Source: Podarcis tiliguerta (Eukaryota). Taken from it: a stretch of 64,000 bases of DNA. The DNA lies in assembly GCA_965153285.1 (NCBI GenBank), contig OZ229115.1. One strand, given 5' to 3'. Position 1 is the first letter of the stretch; every line of letters starts with the position of its first letter. Positions 1 to 11,958 of this stretch are shown one piece after another. Below the pieces are notes generated by a model. The model saw only the letters and a list, made by a program, of their open reading frames with translations, was not told the origin of the DNA and made no database searches. The position numbers were made by a program, and so were the translations under genes.

Positions 1-480
1 CCCGCTCCCCGTGGACTTCCGCGGGACTCGCTCCCAGGTTGGAAGCGGGGTGTTGCTGCATGTAGAGGATTGCAAGCCGTCCAGGCGCTTCTCCCTTGGC
101 GGGAAGGGTGGCTCGGGGGTTTGCCTTTCTAGCCGTGAGGACGCAAGACAGGTGCGTCTCTGGAGCCCACTCCCCTCGGGCCGTCGATGGCGGCAGGAGG
201 TCGCTCCCCAGATCTCTGGGATCGCTGCTTCCAAACGGGCTCGATCTCTTCGGGATTCTGCTGCTCCTTCCGGAAGCCCGCTCCGCGTTTGGCGGAGGCA
301 AGTGCGCTGGAAGAAGCAAACAGGTTCACCCTCCCGAAGAAAAGTTCCCACCGAGAGAGACTTGGAAGTGGTTTCGATTTCCCTTTGGAAACGTCTCTCC
401 CAGTGTCCCAGCAGCTTGGGGGGGGGGGCGGTTGGTATGACTTTGTACCCATGGTTCAAACCCTGCAGAGATGGTGATCT
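1..480. promoter_or_regulatory. 3' edge of a CpG island, probably the PLXNA2 promoter/first-exon region
   Basis: High GC and dense CpG only in the first ~450 bp, with CpG depletion afterwards. Lies ~40 kb upstream of an exon that needs an upstream non-coding exon. Confidence 0.65.
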
Positions 481-2529
481 CCCCCCCCCCCCCAAACCCA
501 AAGTTGCTTGCTTAATAGAATATCCCACCGCTGAAGCTTTTCTGTCTGTTGCATTCCTCCTTATAATGCGGGTACCAGCCTCTCTGGGACCCTCTTTTGC
601 AGTGTGGCTCGCTACAAAACTTCGTGTTTCTAGAGACTGTGGGTTGTTAAGTGCTGTCACAATAACTCCCAGTTAGATGATGAAGTCCACGGAACCACAG
701 TGAACAGAGAAGGAGTTTGCATGGTAAGGAAAGTGATAGGATCTGCTTTGGTTTGGGAATTCTGCAGGTGAGGAGGGAATAATAAGGGATACATCCAATT
801 AGTAGACCATTGAAACCAATGGACTAAAGTTATGCCCAATCATTTCAACACGTCTACTCTGAGTATGGTCAGCATTGGAACTTACCCTGTGAATGCCCCC
901 CCCCCCTTGTGTTTACAAGCGTTCTCCCAGGATTTGTGTAACTTGTCAGTAAAATGGGTCACTTTAGCAGCTCTGACTGATTGTGGGTTATGAGCTCTCA
1001 TTGACTGGGCTGCCTCATTGATTACATCGTTCCACCAAGTTAAGTCAATGACCTACTTTTTTCTATGGTCAGGAGACTGATATAACTATTCAGCAAAGAC
1101 CAAACGCCATTCAAATCCTGCAACGTCAATACCTTCAACACTTCATTTCCTTGGTATCCCCCTTGGCCAGCTCCTCCCTCCCTCCATGAACCTGCAGACT
1201 TTTTATAACACAGTGTTTTGGTATCATTCTGTTAAAACTGAATGAAAACAACCTGTGTAGACTTGGGAAGTAATATACAGTTGAAAGTTTCGTGCAGTGT
1301 GGGTCTTGAAATGGAACATAGTAGCAAAAAAGTGATTCCTTCCTCCTATGGACCCACTGCAAGAAGATGAAGGCAACCCCTATTTATTCGCCATTCCCTG
1401 AATCACTATTTTCAGTGTATTTATTTGTTGAGTCACCCCATCCCAGCACAACTTAAAAGAGGTTTGTGCTGTGGAAAGAGGTAACAGATTCTGTTTCAGA
1501 ATCTGAACAAATTCCAGAAATGTAATAGACACTTCCTTTCTCTCTTGACACACACACCCCTCATCCCTGATCTAACCCTGCCTGATACTTCTCTTTAACC
1601 CTGTAATCTTCTGAACTCCTCAGCTGAAGAATATGAATTTCCTAGAATACAAAATTTAAACAAACAAATCCAGCAGTTCCAATCACTCTGATGGTACAGA
1701 ATAAATGTTTCCCTGCCTTTGGCTCTCTCTGTTTGGCAAAATTACATTTAACACAGGACAAATTGGCTTGCAGTGCAGCAAAATGGAAATGGCATTTGGA
1801 ATGGGTTTTGTGGTGGAGACACAGGGACCACAGGGTTTTTCAAAGGTGTCTCCTGTAATCTGAAACCCCCTGTGCTGAAAGGAGCAATGAAGAACTTTCT
1901 GCTTGGTTGCAAGGTTTCTTGAAGGCTTCAAAAGTTTTTTTTTGCTGCTTTCAGGCTATAGGCATCCCTCATGTTCCATTGCAGTGTTTTGGGACTTGCA
2001 CTGAGAAAGTTGCAAACAACTCTAGGGAAGTCATTTGGATGCCAACATGCAAAACTCCACAAAGCCATGGTGCAAGTAATTTGCATGTTTAGCCAAAACT
2101 CCCTGTAGTATTCTGGTGCACCAAGGAAAGTTATTCATGTGAGTGATCCCCCCCCCCCGCCCCGCAACCCAGAACTTCATAACTGCAGGTACACATGACT
2201 GTCTGTTTCTGCCCACTTTCACAACTGTTCCCAAAGAGAACTATCTCCTCAGTAGCATCCAAAAGGCTGTCATCCTCCACTGGCAAAAATAAAGTATTAC
2301 TCTGCTGTTTCCACTCACACTTTAACTCTTGTCCTGGATCAATGTGTGCTAAAAGTTCACTCTTTTTGCAAACACCATTTTGCCAGTCTACCTGCCCATC
2401 TAATTCTAAGCAACTGAACTAGTAGGGATGTGTCCTCCTGCTTTCTCTCTTCTGATATTTCCATTCAGTCCCTGGAACATTTTATTCCTTTGCCTGTCAG
2501 GCATCCATAAAAGAATAATGGTAGCAGCA

Positions 2530-2530
<1 letters not shown>

Positions 2531-2586
<56 letters not shown>
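2531..2586. repeat. (AAT)n microsatellite
   Basis: About 18 perfect units; source of the poly-Ile ORFs. Confidence 0.98.
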
Positions 2587-5500
2587 GCTCCCCGCCTCTC
2601 TCCCAACCTGAGCCAGTGGGTGCTCTTGAGACAGGCCCTTTCCCCCATTTCCAAACACTCTTGATTATTCAGCTAATCTTTATTTCATGGGCACGTTACA
2701 AGAAACACACAAACAGAGGGAGAGAGAGAGTGGAAGGCGGTGACATGTTTAAAATACACAAGAAAGGCGCTGGCAGGAATATAATCGTCCTTATTCTGCT
2801 GATATGAAATATTTATGGCTCTAAGTTGCGGCGAGGTTCTCTCCCCCTTCCCCCTTCCTCTTTGCAAACCTTTCAGCACCACCCCTCCCCTTTCTGCCTC
2901 GGTAAAAATCATATTTAAACAATTCAGCACGGGGCCCTTCATTCTTACGCTTTACCCCCTCACCCAGCTGTCTCTTCGTGTAGCTGCGCACAGCTGTCTA
3001 CACGCGTAGCCGGGGGGTACAATGTACTTCTGTCCATCACTACAAATGGGAAAACCAGGAATTGCTAGCCAAGCTACTAACCAAATCATAAAGAGACCCA
3101 CGCATTGTGTTACAGTCTGTTAACTAGAAATAATTCACAACCATCCATTTAGCCAGGCCTGGGAAGGAGGGGGAAGCCTACAAAAGAAGCCCCCCCACAC
3201 ACCCTCATTTCCCTCTCCTTCCTTCATCCCAGGTGCCTGTATTTGATAGCCAAAGCCTGCTTACCCCCTTGGGCATTCTGTTATTAATTCATTAGATCTG
3301 ATCTTATTTTATTTTATTTTATTTTATTTTGCTCCCTCCTGGTATTCTCCCTCCCCACCCCCACCCCTTCTCCCAATTCAAACAGTGGTGAATGGACAAA
3401 ACTCCCTCAAGGGAAACATTTTTTCACTTAGTTACAAAGATTTCATGGCTAATTAGAGTAAATGTGGTTTTAAGAGTGTTAATCTCTTAACCAGCTTGGC
3501 TGGCAGGCCAGGGCGCTTACAAAAGGAAGAGAAGGATGAATAGAGGAAGAGGGGGCTGCTTCTCAGAGTTCCACCATTATTGATGACAGTGTCCATCCTA
3601 TCCAATAAGAGCCCTGTAGATGGTCAAGTTAGGCCCACCGCTCCTCTCAGTGAGGGATCCCTTCATAGAACAGGGCACTGTCTTGATGTGGTTTGTATTC
3701 CCAGCCCTCCCCTACATGACCCCAAATTAGTGCCTGTGAAACTTAAAGCCTCAGAGGCTGAGGCAAAGGAAAGAAAGTTCTTTGTCCTTTGAAAAGAGAT
3801 TTCTGGAAAGCTTCGATGATAATAACATCAGAACAGAAAGAGGATCAAGGCAGTGTATTCTACTTGGCAGGTACAGGCTGCTGCCTAACGTGTTTTATGG
3901 GCAAGTTCATCCAATGCAGCTAAAAAAATAAACTGTAAGATGTTTCCCCAAGCTCCACCAGCCCCATGGTTAGGGATGATGGGAACTGGAGTTTGGCAAT
4001 GTCTGGAAGGGACCACAGGTTACACCCCCCTGTGCTATATATAGCCTATGAAGTGTGATGAGAGGGAGGGTGCTGACGTATGATCCAAAGACTTCTTCTC
4101 TGCCAAACATTTTGCAGGGAAGTTTTCTGAAACAGTTGAACCCTCCCCAGTCTCTTCAATGGAGGCCCTTCACCCTCTTGTCTCCCAGAGATGGATCTGA
4201 GGACACATAGACAAATAAGGAGAGTTGTTTGTGTGCAGAATCATTCCGTCTCTGCCCAGCGTATCAGTTTTGCTCCAAGGTCAAATGTATGTTAATGATG
4301 GGGAGGTGAGGCAAGTGCTTCCAATTTTTCTTCTTTCTGTCATCGTTTTCAGATCCAGAAGTGTTAAGGAGGGAAGGGGGGGAGGAAAGAAGGAAGAAAA
4401 AGAAAAAAGAAATCTCCCTGTCAAACCACTTTGGCATGAGCAGGAGTTAGTTGTGGGGTGGGATTTGTTTATTTATTTATTTATTTAAAATAAGGTTCCT
4501 TCTCTAAAGCAGATGGCTCCTGCCAGACCTGCAATCCATCTTCTCCTTGATACCATTTTGACATAAGACCCAACGCTGCACTAATAAACTCCAGGGCGCC
4601 GCAAGCCAAGGACTCCTGAGCTTGGCAAAAAAAACCAGAGCCACTGATTAAGAATGCTCTGGATTTTCTGTTGAGCTTCTTGTTTATTTAAATGCGCCTG
4701 CCTTTTCCTTTTCTCTGTGCTCAAGACATCCCAAAGTTTTCTCCAGTGACTTTCATCTTTTCGATTTTCACATGAATGGTTTGTGAAACCTGCAGTGCCA
4801 CTTTTCCCCACTAGAGGGGGGCTCCTGCAGATAAAGGTTGATATACTGGAAAGGAGCTTTTGTATAGAGCAGTGGGTGGGTGGTAGTGGTGCCGGGAGCG
4901 GGACACTCTGCTATGATCATGCCACTGTTCAGAATCTGCTAAAAACCACCCAGTCTTTTTCTTCTGTATATCATATGGTAAAGCAAGGCATGCCTGTGCA
5001 GTTGTGTGCTTAAAATGTGATATACATCTGGCCTGCGAAGTCCTAGCTGTGAATGGCAGTAGCAGTATGGGGGGGGGGAGCAAGAGCAGTTGAGTACTTG
5101 AAAAGCATTCCTGGTCATGAACCAGGTTGATGTTTTCTCCCCTCGTTTTATCAGGGAGAGAGACCTGCTTTCAGAATCTTCTCAGCATGGTTCCATCTTT
5201 CTATCGCCCCTGCTGTGGCTGGAATGTAGCTCTGAGAACAGCCACAGATGTTAGTAAAACAGCATTAGGAGGACTCTCAGAAATATAAAAATGCAGCAAG
5301 CCAGAAAACCGATGTCAATTGTGAGGTCTCTCTCTTTCGTTCCCTTTCTCTCTCTTATCCAATATACCTTGCACCATGTCTGCTCCGCTGCTTGCTGTTT
5401 TGCCTGAATTAGGTCCCATCCTTGTGCTTCATTGGCTGGGAGAATATAGTGCGGCCTGACTCTGTTGGCAAACGGGGATACTGCTGGCATCTCTGTGGGA

Positions 5501-7071
5501 TGGTGCATGCCAGCAGAGGGGTTCTGGGAAAGCGTTGGCCTCCCTCATTCCAATCTGATCGAGCCCAGCTCGTGTTTCTGAGTTTAATCTACGCTTCTCT
5601 TTGGGCTGAAATTGAACTGGGGGGTGGAGGTGGCAGAAGGGGGGTGGCAGGTGGAGGCTGGAAATATGAAAAGAGAGATAAATGTATCGTGTTATGAAAG
5701 TTTAATCCTGCTTTGCTGTGGCTAAAATTACATTCAGGGCTGGAGATAAAAGGCATTGGAGTAACATTATAAAAAGGCCAGATCATCTTAAAAGGCAGAG
5801 CGATAGCGAGCCCAAGTCAGACAAGCCATCAATCCAATGCTCACACACAGAGGCAGTTCTCCAAGGGAGCGGAGAAGCAAATGAGGTGTGCTGCCGGTTC
5901 CCTCCTGCCTAATACTGCTGACTTGCTGCAGTGGGAAAAGAAAAGGCACTTGGCTCAGAATGTCCATATCTTAGAAATGGCCTGGTGTGTTGTTTGTCGG
6001 CCGCTTTCTTCGTGGGTTGGAATGGGCTGGCTGGGGGAACCTTGAACAGTGGGATCTCAGGGACCCCAACAGTGCAATCTGGAGACAATTAGCCACACTT
6101 GGAGGATCACAGAAGGTTGAGAGGTCTGTGAAGTTTTGGCACATGCACGATGCTGCTCAATAAGGCACACTGGAGTGAATGTGAACTATGGTGGAAGTGA
6201 AACAGTGGAATGCTGTCAGCAGCTTGTGTGTTTCAATAGATGGGTTGCACAGGGGACCTGAGTTCAAATGCTGCTCTCCTTAGATCCTGTGTATGTTTCA
6301 TATTATTAAATAGCAACCCCTTTGCTATTTGTTAGACATTTGGAAAAAGCAAAGGCCAAAACAGTTCTTTATCTTTCTTGAAGCACATGCATTCATCAGC
6401 CCTTTCTCCACCTGCCACCAATGATTTCATGCTGTTCGGGTGCTTCATGTGTTCAGTACCTCTGAAGTCCTCAGTGACTCCTTTACATGTGAACTTTCCG
6501 GGATAAGGCCAGGAAAGAAAGCAAAATCAACCCAATATTCTTCATAATGTTGCACAAATGGTTAATGACCAGTGAGAATGAGAACTCTGGAAGCCAGATG
6601 GCAGTTGGTATAGGCCTTGTTGCATTACTTCTTTTTGCTGAGGTAGAGTGTCACCCAAGAGAAGAGTTAATAGGCACACTCTTTCCCTGTAAAACAAAAT
6701 TTAAAAATAAACACTTGAGATATAACTTATAACAGGTTCTCACCTCCATATTAGTTGGAGTTTCTGTTTATCGGTGGGGATGGAGCAAGACTAGTCAAAA
6801 CAATTTACTGCCTGAGGCAATGAAAAGACAGTGCTGCCCCTTCTGCCCAATTCCACAAGCTGAATGAATCCCATTGGACTGGAAGTTGAAGGGACTGGAG
6901 AAGACAGAAAGAAGCTTTGTCACCATTCAGCTCCCATAGTGGCCTCTCCCTCCACACACCCCAACTGCCACCACAGGAGCATCTTGCCCTGAGGAGAGGG
7001 GAGAAGAAGCAGTAACAGCTTTTCCTAAACAAACAAGTTGACTTATCCATTCTATTGTAACTTTATATATA

Positions 7072-7212
7072 CAGTGGAACCTCGGTTTTCTAACATAATC
7101 CATTCCAGAAGTCTGTTCGACTTCCAAAATGTTTTATAAAACCAAGGAAACGGAAGCATTCACTTCTGGGTTTTTGGCAGCCGAGATGTTCGAAAACCGA
7201 GGTTTGACCCTG
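7072..7212. mobile_element. Tigger-like Tc1/mariner MITE, ~140 bp
   Basis: TA|CAGTGGAACCTCGGTTTTC ... GAAAACCGAGGTTTGACCCTG imperfect TIRs, inserted in a TA/TG run. Confidence 0.7.
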
Positions 7213-7763
7213 TGTGTGTGTGTGTATATACACACTTTGCTTGTAATCATCTTACAATTGGACAGCAATTGTATGCAGCAATCCCCACCACATCCTTTGC
7301 CTGATTTTGGCTATCCATTTTTCCCTAATGGTAGCTCTGGGCTGGAAACCTGAAAAGAGAACAGATTGTGATTGTTCTCTCTGCTGACAGACTTCTTTTT
7401 TTCTGACCTCACAGTGACCACCTGCCCCAAAGACTGAACTATAGGCCCTCACTCTATCACTGTGTCTAGGTATAGTTTCTCTTTCTAGTGTCTTCTGACC
7501 AGTATCTCTTAGTTCTTTCATGACACCTAACACCCTTTTTGCCCAATCTATATCACCAGTATATAGAATCATCCACCCTCCTCTTCTCTGGCAGAAAACC
7601 CTACGTACATTTGTTGTGTCCAGTTTTATACAGTAGTTTTCCTCAGCCCACCCTGAGGTAGCATTTTCTGTGCATCTGCTCTTCTTGTCCTTATGCTGAG
7701 TTTCGAACAATTCATTTCTGCCAGTTTTCCTAGCATTTGCACCACTGATTTGAACCCATAGAC

Positions 7764-7899
7764 CAGTGTTTCTCAAACTTGGGTCCCTAGCTTTTGTTGG
7801 AATACAACTCCCATCAACCCTGACAACTGATCCTACTAGCTAGGGATGATGAGAGCTGTAGTCCAACAACAGCTGGGGACCCAAATTTGAGCAACACAG
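7764..7899. mobile_element. Short palindromic hAT-type MITE, 136 bp
   Basis: Near-palindrome CAGTGTTTCTCAAACTTGGGTCCC...GGGACCCAAATTTGAGCAACACAG. 8-bp TSD CCATAGAC / CTATAGAC (7/8). Confidence 0.85.
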
Positions 7900-9019
7900 C
7901 TATAGACAGAAAGTGTGAGGGAGAGCATCATTGTAGTAACAAGTGTGGTTTTCCCCTCACAGGCAGGCAGGCAGGCCTTCTTCTCCTTTGAAGTAAACTT
8001 CAAGAAAGTGAAAGGTGACATCTGGATAAATATTACGGTGACCTCTCACCTCCCATTCCTCCTCCAGCTTCGCCTTTCTTATCACTCCCTAATGAATCCA
8101 TCAACGTGGCAGCAGGAGGGAGAACAGCTCCTCCAGGCCAAAGCAAATTTTATTCCCCCAGCACCAATTTCCTCAGGGGTGGGTAAAGGGAAGAAGTGTT
8201 CCAAATTTTGAGGAATACTTCAGTTATTTTGAAGCCAAAATCCAAACAGGAAAGGAAAGTCTCCTTCCTAGTTGCCTGGAGTGACCGGGAGGCTGGGCGA
8301 GTGTGAGATAAACATTTATTTTATTTTTGCAACATCAAAGCACTACTGGAGTGAGGCAGTCTGTACTCCCCAAGCTTGCTAAAGGCAGCTGAGGTCTGAG
8401 GTTATCAAATACTCAAAGTTGGCTCTTGGGAAAATCACTGTAATTTTGTGATAGTGTTGTTTTCTCACCCTGTCTCTCTGCTCTTTGCAATAAATATTTG
8501 AAAGCTAGAGTAGATGGGGCTTTTAAAATATCAGCAATGTTCACATTGGGGTGCCTTGGTCCTGAGCTTCTGGGGGCTTCCTGTGTCATTCACAGGTATG
8601 CAGGAGGGCTTTGTTCTTTGCAAGTTTCGATACAAATTCACCTGATCTGCACCTCCTGGACTAATGTGCAGACTGGAATGCAATTTACCTTACAGATTTT
8701 ATATTTATCCAAATTTTGAGATGCAGCCCTTGACTTAAAAAAAAAAAAACCAAACTGTACATTAAAATGCATATTTTCGGGGCAAATACATTTAGAAATG
8801 TATACTTTAAGAGAAAATATGTTTAGAAATGTGTATTTTGTGAGAAAATATGCATTTATTGTTTTTGTATAGATTTAAAAAACATCTCTTATTAATGCAG
8901 AAATGGAATGAATTTATGAATGAACACATGTGAAAATGACTGTTCCAGCCACCATACTCATGGGGATAAAAATGCATCTTAGTGATAGTGCAAGGCATAG
9001 TTCTTCCAACAGTGTAAGG

Positions 9020-9124
9020 CTATGCTCTTCAACTTTGTACCCTCTGATGTGTGGGCTAAATTGATTGGGGATGATGGGAGTTGAAGTCCAGCAACATTCG
9101 GGGATGCAAAGTTAAAGAATGGTG
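9020..9124. mobile_element. Short palindromic hAT-type MITE, degenerate
   Basis: CTCTTCAACTTTG...GATGATGGGAGTTGAAGTCCA...CAAAGTTAAAGAA. Flanks GTGTAAGG / ATGTAAAG. Confidence 0.6.
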
Positions 9125-11825
9125 ATGTAAAGGGCTTTGTGGTGTGGAATCAGGGCTGATGATAACTGGACTAAGATGAGACTATAAGAAAAAGAAACAA
9201 AGGATTCAGGCAAGACTACTGAATGTGTTAACACCTGCAGCAAGAGTTAAAATGTTCCACTCATGAAGGGCAGCAGGTGGGTGATTGGATAGGAAATGTA
9301 GATTAGGATGGAGGACAAGTACTATGCAGAAGCAAGGCTGAAATGTGGGAGCTGATGGTGGGTCACTAGGGAGAGCAGATTAAGGAACCATCCAAAACAG
9401 AGAGAAAAACACGACAATGATAGTGGAAATATAGGGAGCTTTTGTAGCAAGATCAGGGATTCACAAGGTCCTAGCTGAGACCTCCTTTACTGCTTGCACC
9501 TGAGCTGCTTCCATGAAATTTGCTTGGATCCTACACCCATGTTCTGGAACATGATACTCCACACTTACCCAGGCCCATTCCTCCTGTGATTGTGACTGTT
9601 CTCTCCCTCATAAACCCTGACTTGGATATAAACAGGTTCTGTTATGATCACAGTAAACCCCTCAACAATCATGTAGAGTAGATATTATGATACCCAGCAC
9701 AGATTGGTGGGTGCTGAGTCTACAAGAGAGATTGGTTTGCCTAAAACCACTGAGTAAGTTCATAGCTGAGATGAGTTTTCAACCAATGACTTCCCTACTC
9801 ACACGCTTAGCTGCAACATTGCACCGGTTCTTATCAGCTGCTGGGAAGCCAGTTTTTATGTTTCTCCCTTAAAGCACCAAGCAGCATAAGGCAGCCAAAC
9901 TCCCACTGCTCTTTACCAGTTTTCAGGAAGCTGAGAAAAACAGGAAACTTCTAGGGAGCAGTGCTTAGTCACAAACTGTTCTACATATAGAGGCTTTCAA
10001 GGAAGCTGACCACTGTTATGTACAGGCTTTAGTAAGACACTGCTGACTCACCTTGGAAAAAATTATTCGGGTTATTTCCAGAGGTGATCTCTTTAGGAAC
10101 AAATGCCTCTGGGAGAGGTTTGCATGCTTGCTTGAGACTGTATATTTCATTACTGGTCAGTTACCTTATTTGTAATCAGGGAATCCTATAAAATCCAGTA
10201 GAGGTTTGCCTTGCCTCTTCAGTAAGTAACACCTGAACTGATCTTCCTCTTCTACCTTTCTCCCTAAGTCCCCTTTCCTTATCTGCCTTGTCTTTCTAAG
10301 CCTGATGGCAGCTCCCCCCTCTTTTTAAATTGGCATTAACTGCTTTGGGGGATATTGTTTGAAAAGTGAAATATGAACGTTGAAAATAAACTGGAAAATG
10401 CGGGTCCCTCTAAAGTTGGAAATCCTTCTTTTTCACCTAAAGTTGTTCAGTGCTATGTAAATGGATAGTCTGTGTGGCATCCGAGTGGGGGAAGGGGGAG
10501 ACACATTAAGAGAGTGAAGGAAAAGATCCATACCTGTCAATTCTACCACTTTCCAAATGAACCCAGAGCTTCGCCCATGGGAAGTGGAAACACATTCAGT
10601 AGATCTCATTGATCTGATCTGTTACGGTTAGATGAACTTGACCTGAAAGTGACATCGGGTCAATGAGGTTTACCAAACAAAGTCTTCCACTTCTCATAGG
10701 TCAGCCCTGTGGTTAACCAAAAGGCAGCCAGGTTAGCACCTCAACATTTATTCCTACCACTCTACTTTGATCTTTGCCCTAAAAGTGGAAGGCTCAGAAA
10801 GACATGGTCGCACAGGGTCTAGGCATGCAGCAACAGATTTACTATTTTGTTCCAAACCTCACCGTGCTAAGTATGGGATGTATCTACATCCAGAATAATT
10901 AGCCTCTGAAGCCCTGTGTGAGTGTCTCTGGGAATTAATGGCATCTGGTCCCCATAGCAGACTTCTTTAAAATGCTGTTGAATCCCAGAGCAGTAGCTAC
11001 TATTCTCAGAGGAGAGTAAATTGAAGGGAAATTTATTTAGCCAGCATCAGGAGCAAAAATACTGCCACCTCTATACAGTTCATGAATGGAATGGACTGTA
11101 GCAGTTTAGAGGACCTAAGATTGCTATATATGTCCTTCGGTGGTGGTCTTTTGCATGTTCCCCAAGGACAGATGTATGGAAAGAAAGTCTGTCATTCAGC
11201 CTCGGTGTGATTATCACTAAGGTTGCAATCTTATGCACACTTAACTGCGAGTAAACCTCAATAAACACAGTGAGGATGTACTTATGAGTAAACAAGCATT
11301 GAATTATGATGAACAGCTCACCCTCTTCAATCCATTCCTCCCTGCTCCTGTTCAGCTGTAATGTTTTCTTTTAACAGTGTGAACAGCCCCATCTTTTCTT
11401 TAATGCATTTTAGTGCTGTTCAGATAACCTACCGCACTTAGACATAGAGTGCCGGAGAAATGCAGGGCATGTTTTAATGGCTCTAGTGCAGGTGTACCGG
11501 GTTGCTAATGAGACCTTGATGTCAGTGGCATCATCATTGCCATGCAGAGGCAAGGGGACAGCAGCCAAAGCACGCTCCCTTTAACTGGCATAAATGATCC
11601 ATTAAAAATTGCTGTGTTGTAGGCCTGCACAACTTGTGACCCACCAAGCCAAATGCCCTGTTTTTTGAAGTCTCAACTGAAAAGCAAAACCAGGAGATAT
11701 ATCAAAGCCCATAGTGGGTTGTAATGTGTAGACAGGGAGCTGAACTTGACTTAGTGCATCACACAGTGCTAATCACTGCAAAAGGGAAGAATGTCATGTT
11801 ACCCTAGGATAACCCTCTTGTTACC

Positions 11826-11958
11826 CTCTTGAACCTTGAGTCCCCAGTTGTTGTTGAACTACAACTCCCATAATCCCTGGCCATTAGCTAAGCTGGTTGA
11901 AGATGATAGGATTTGTAGTGCAACAACAAGTTTGTATTCCAAGGACCCAAGAACACTG
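11826..11958. mobile_element. Short palindromic hAT-type MITE
   Basis: Core GTTGTTGAACTACAACTCCCATAATCCCTG...GATGATAGGATTTGTAGTGCAACAAC, shared with the 7764 copy. Confidence 0.65.

Noticed and set aside
11-676. 221-aa ORF and overlapping ORFs at the window start
   Set aside because: GC-rich CpG-island sequence lacks stops in several frames; GTG start; no recognisable protein.
2406-2664. Poly-Ile ORFs (also 54046-54267)
   Set aside because: Translations of (AAT)n microsatellites.
2871-2935. REST/RE1 sites (TTCAGCACC, TTCAGCACG)
   Set aside because: Left half-sites only; no GGACAG right half.
7252-7776. 174-aa minus-strand ORF
   Set aside because: Starts at a TTG inside a MITE; no domain recognised; purine-rich composition explains the lack of stops. 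A tBLASTn/HMM search would settle it.
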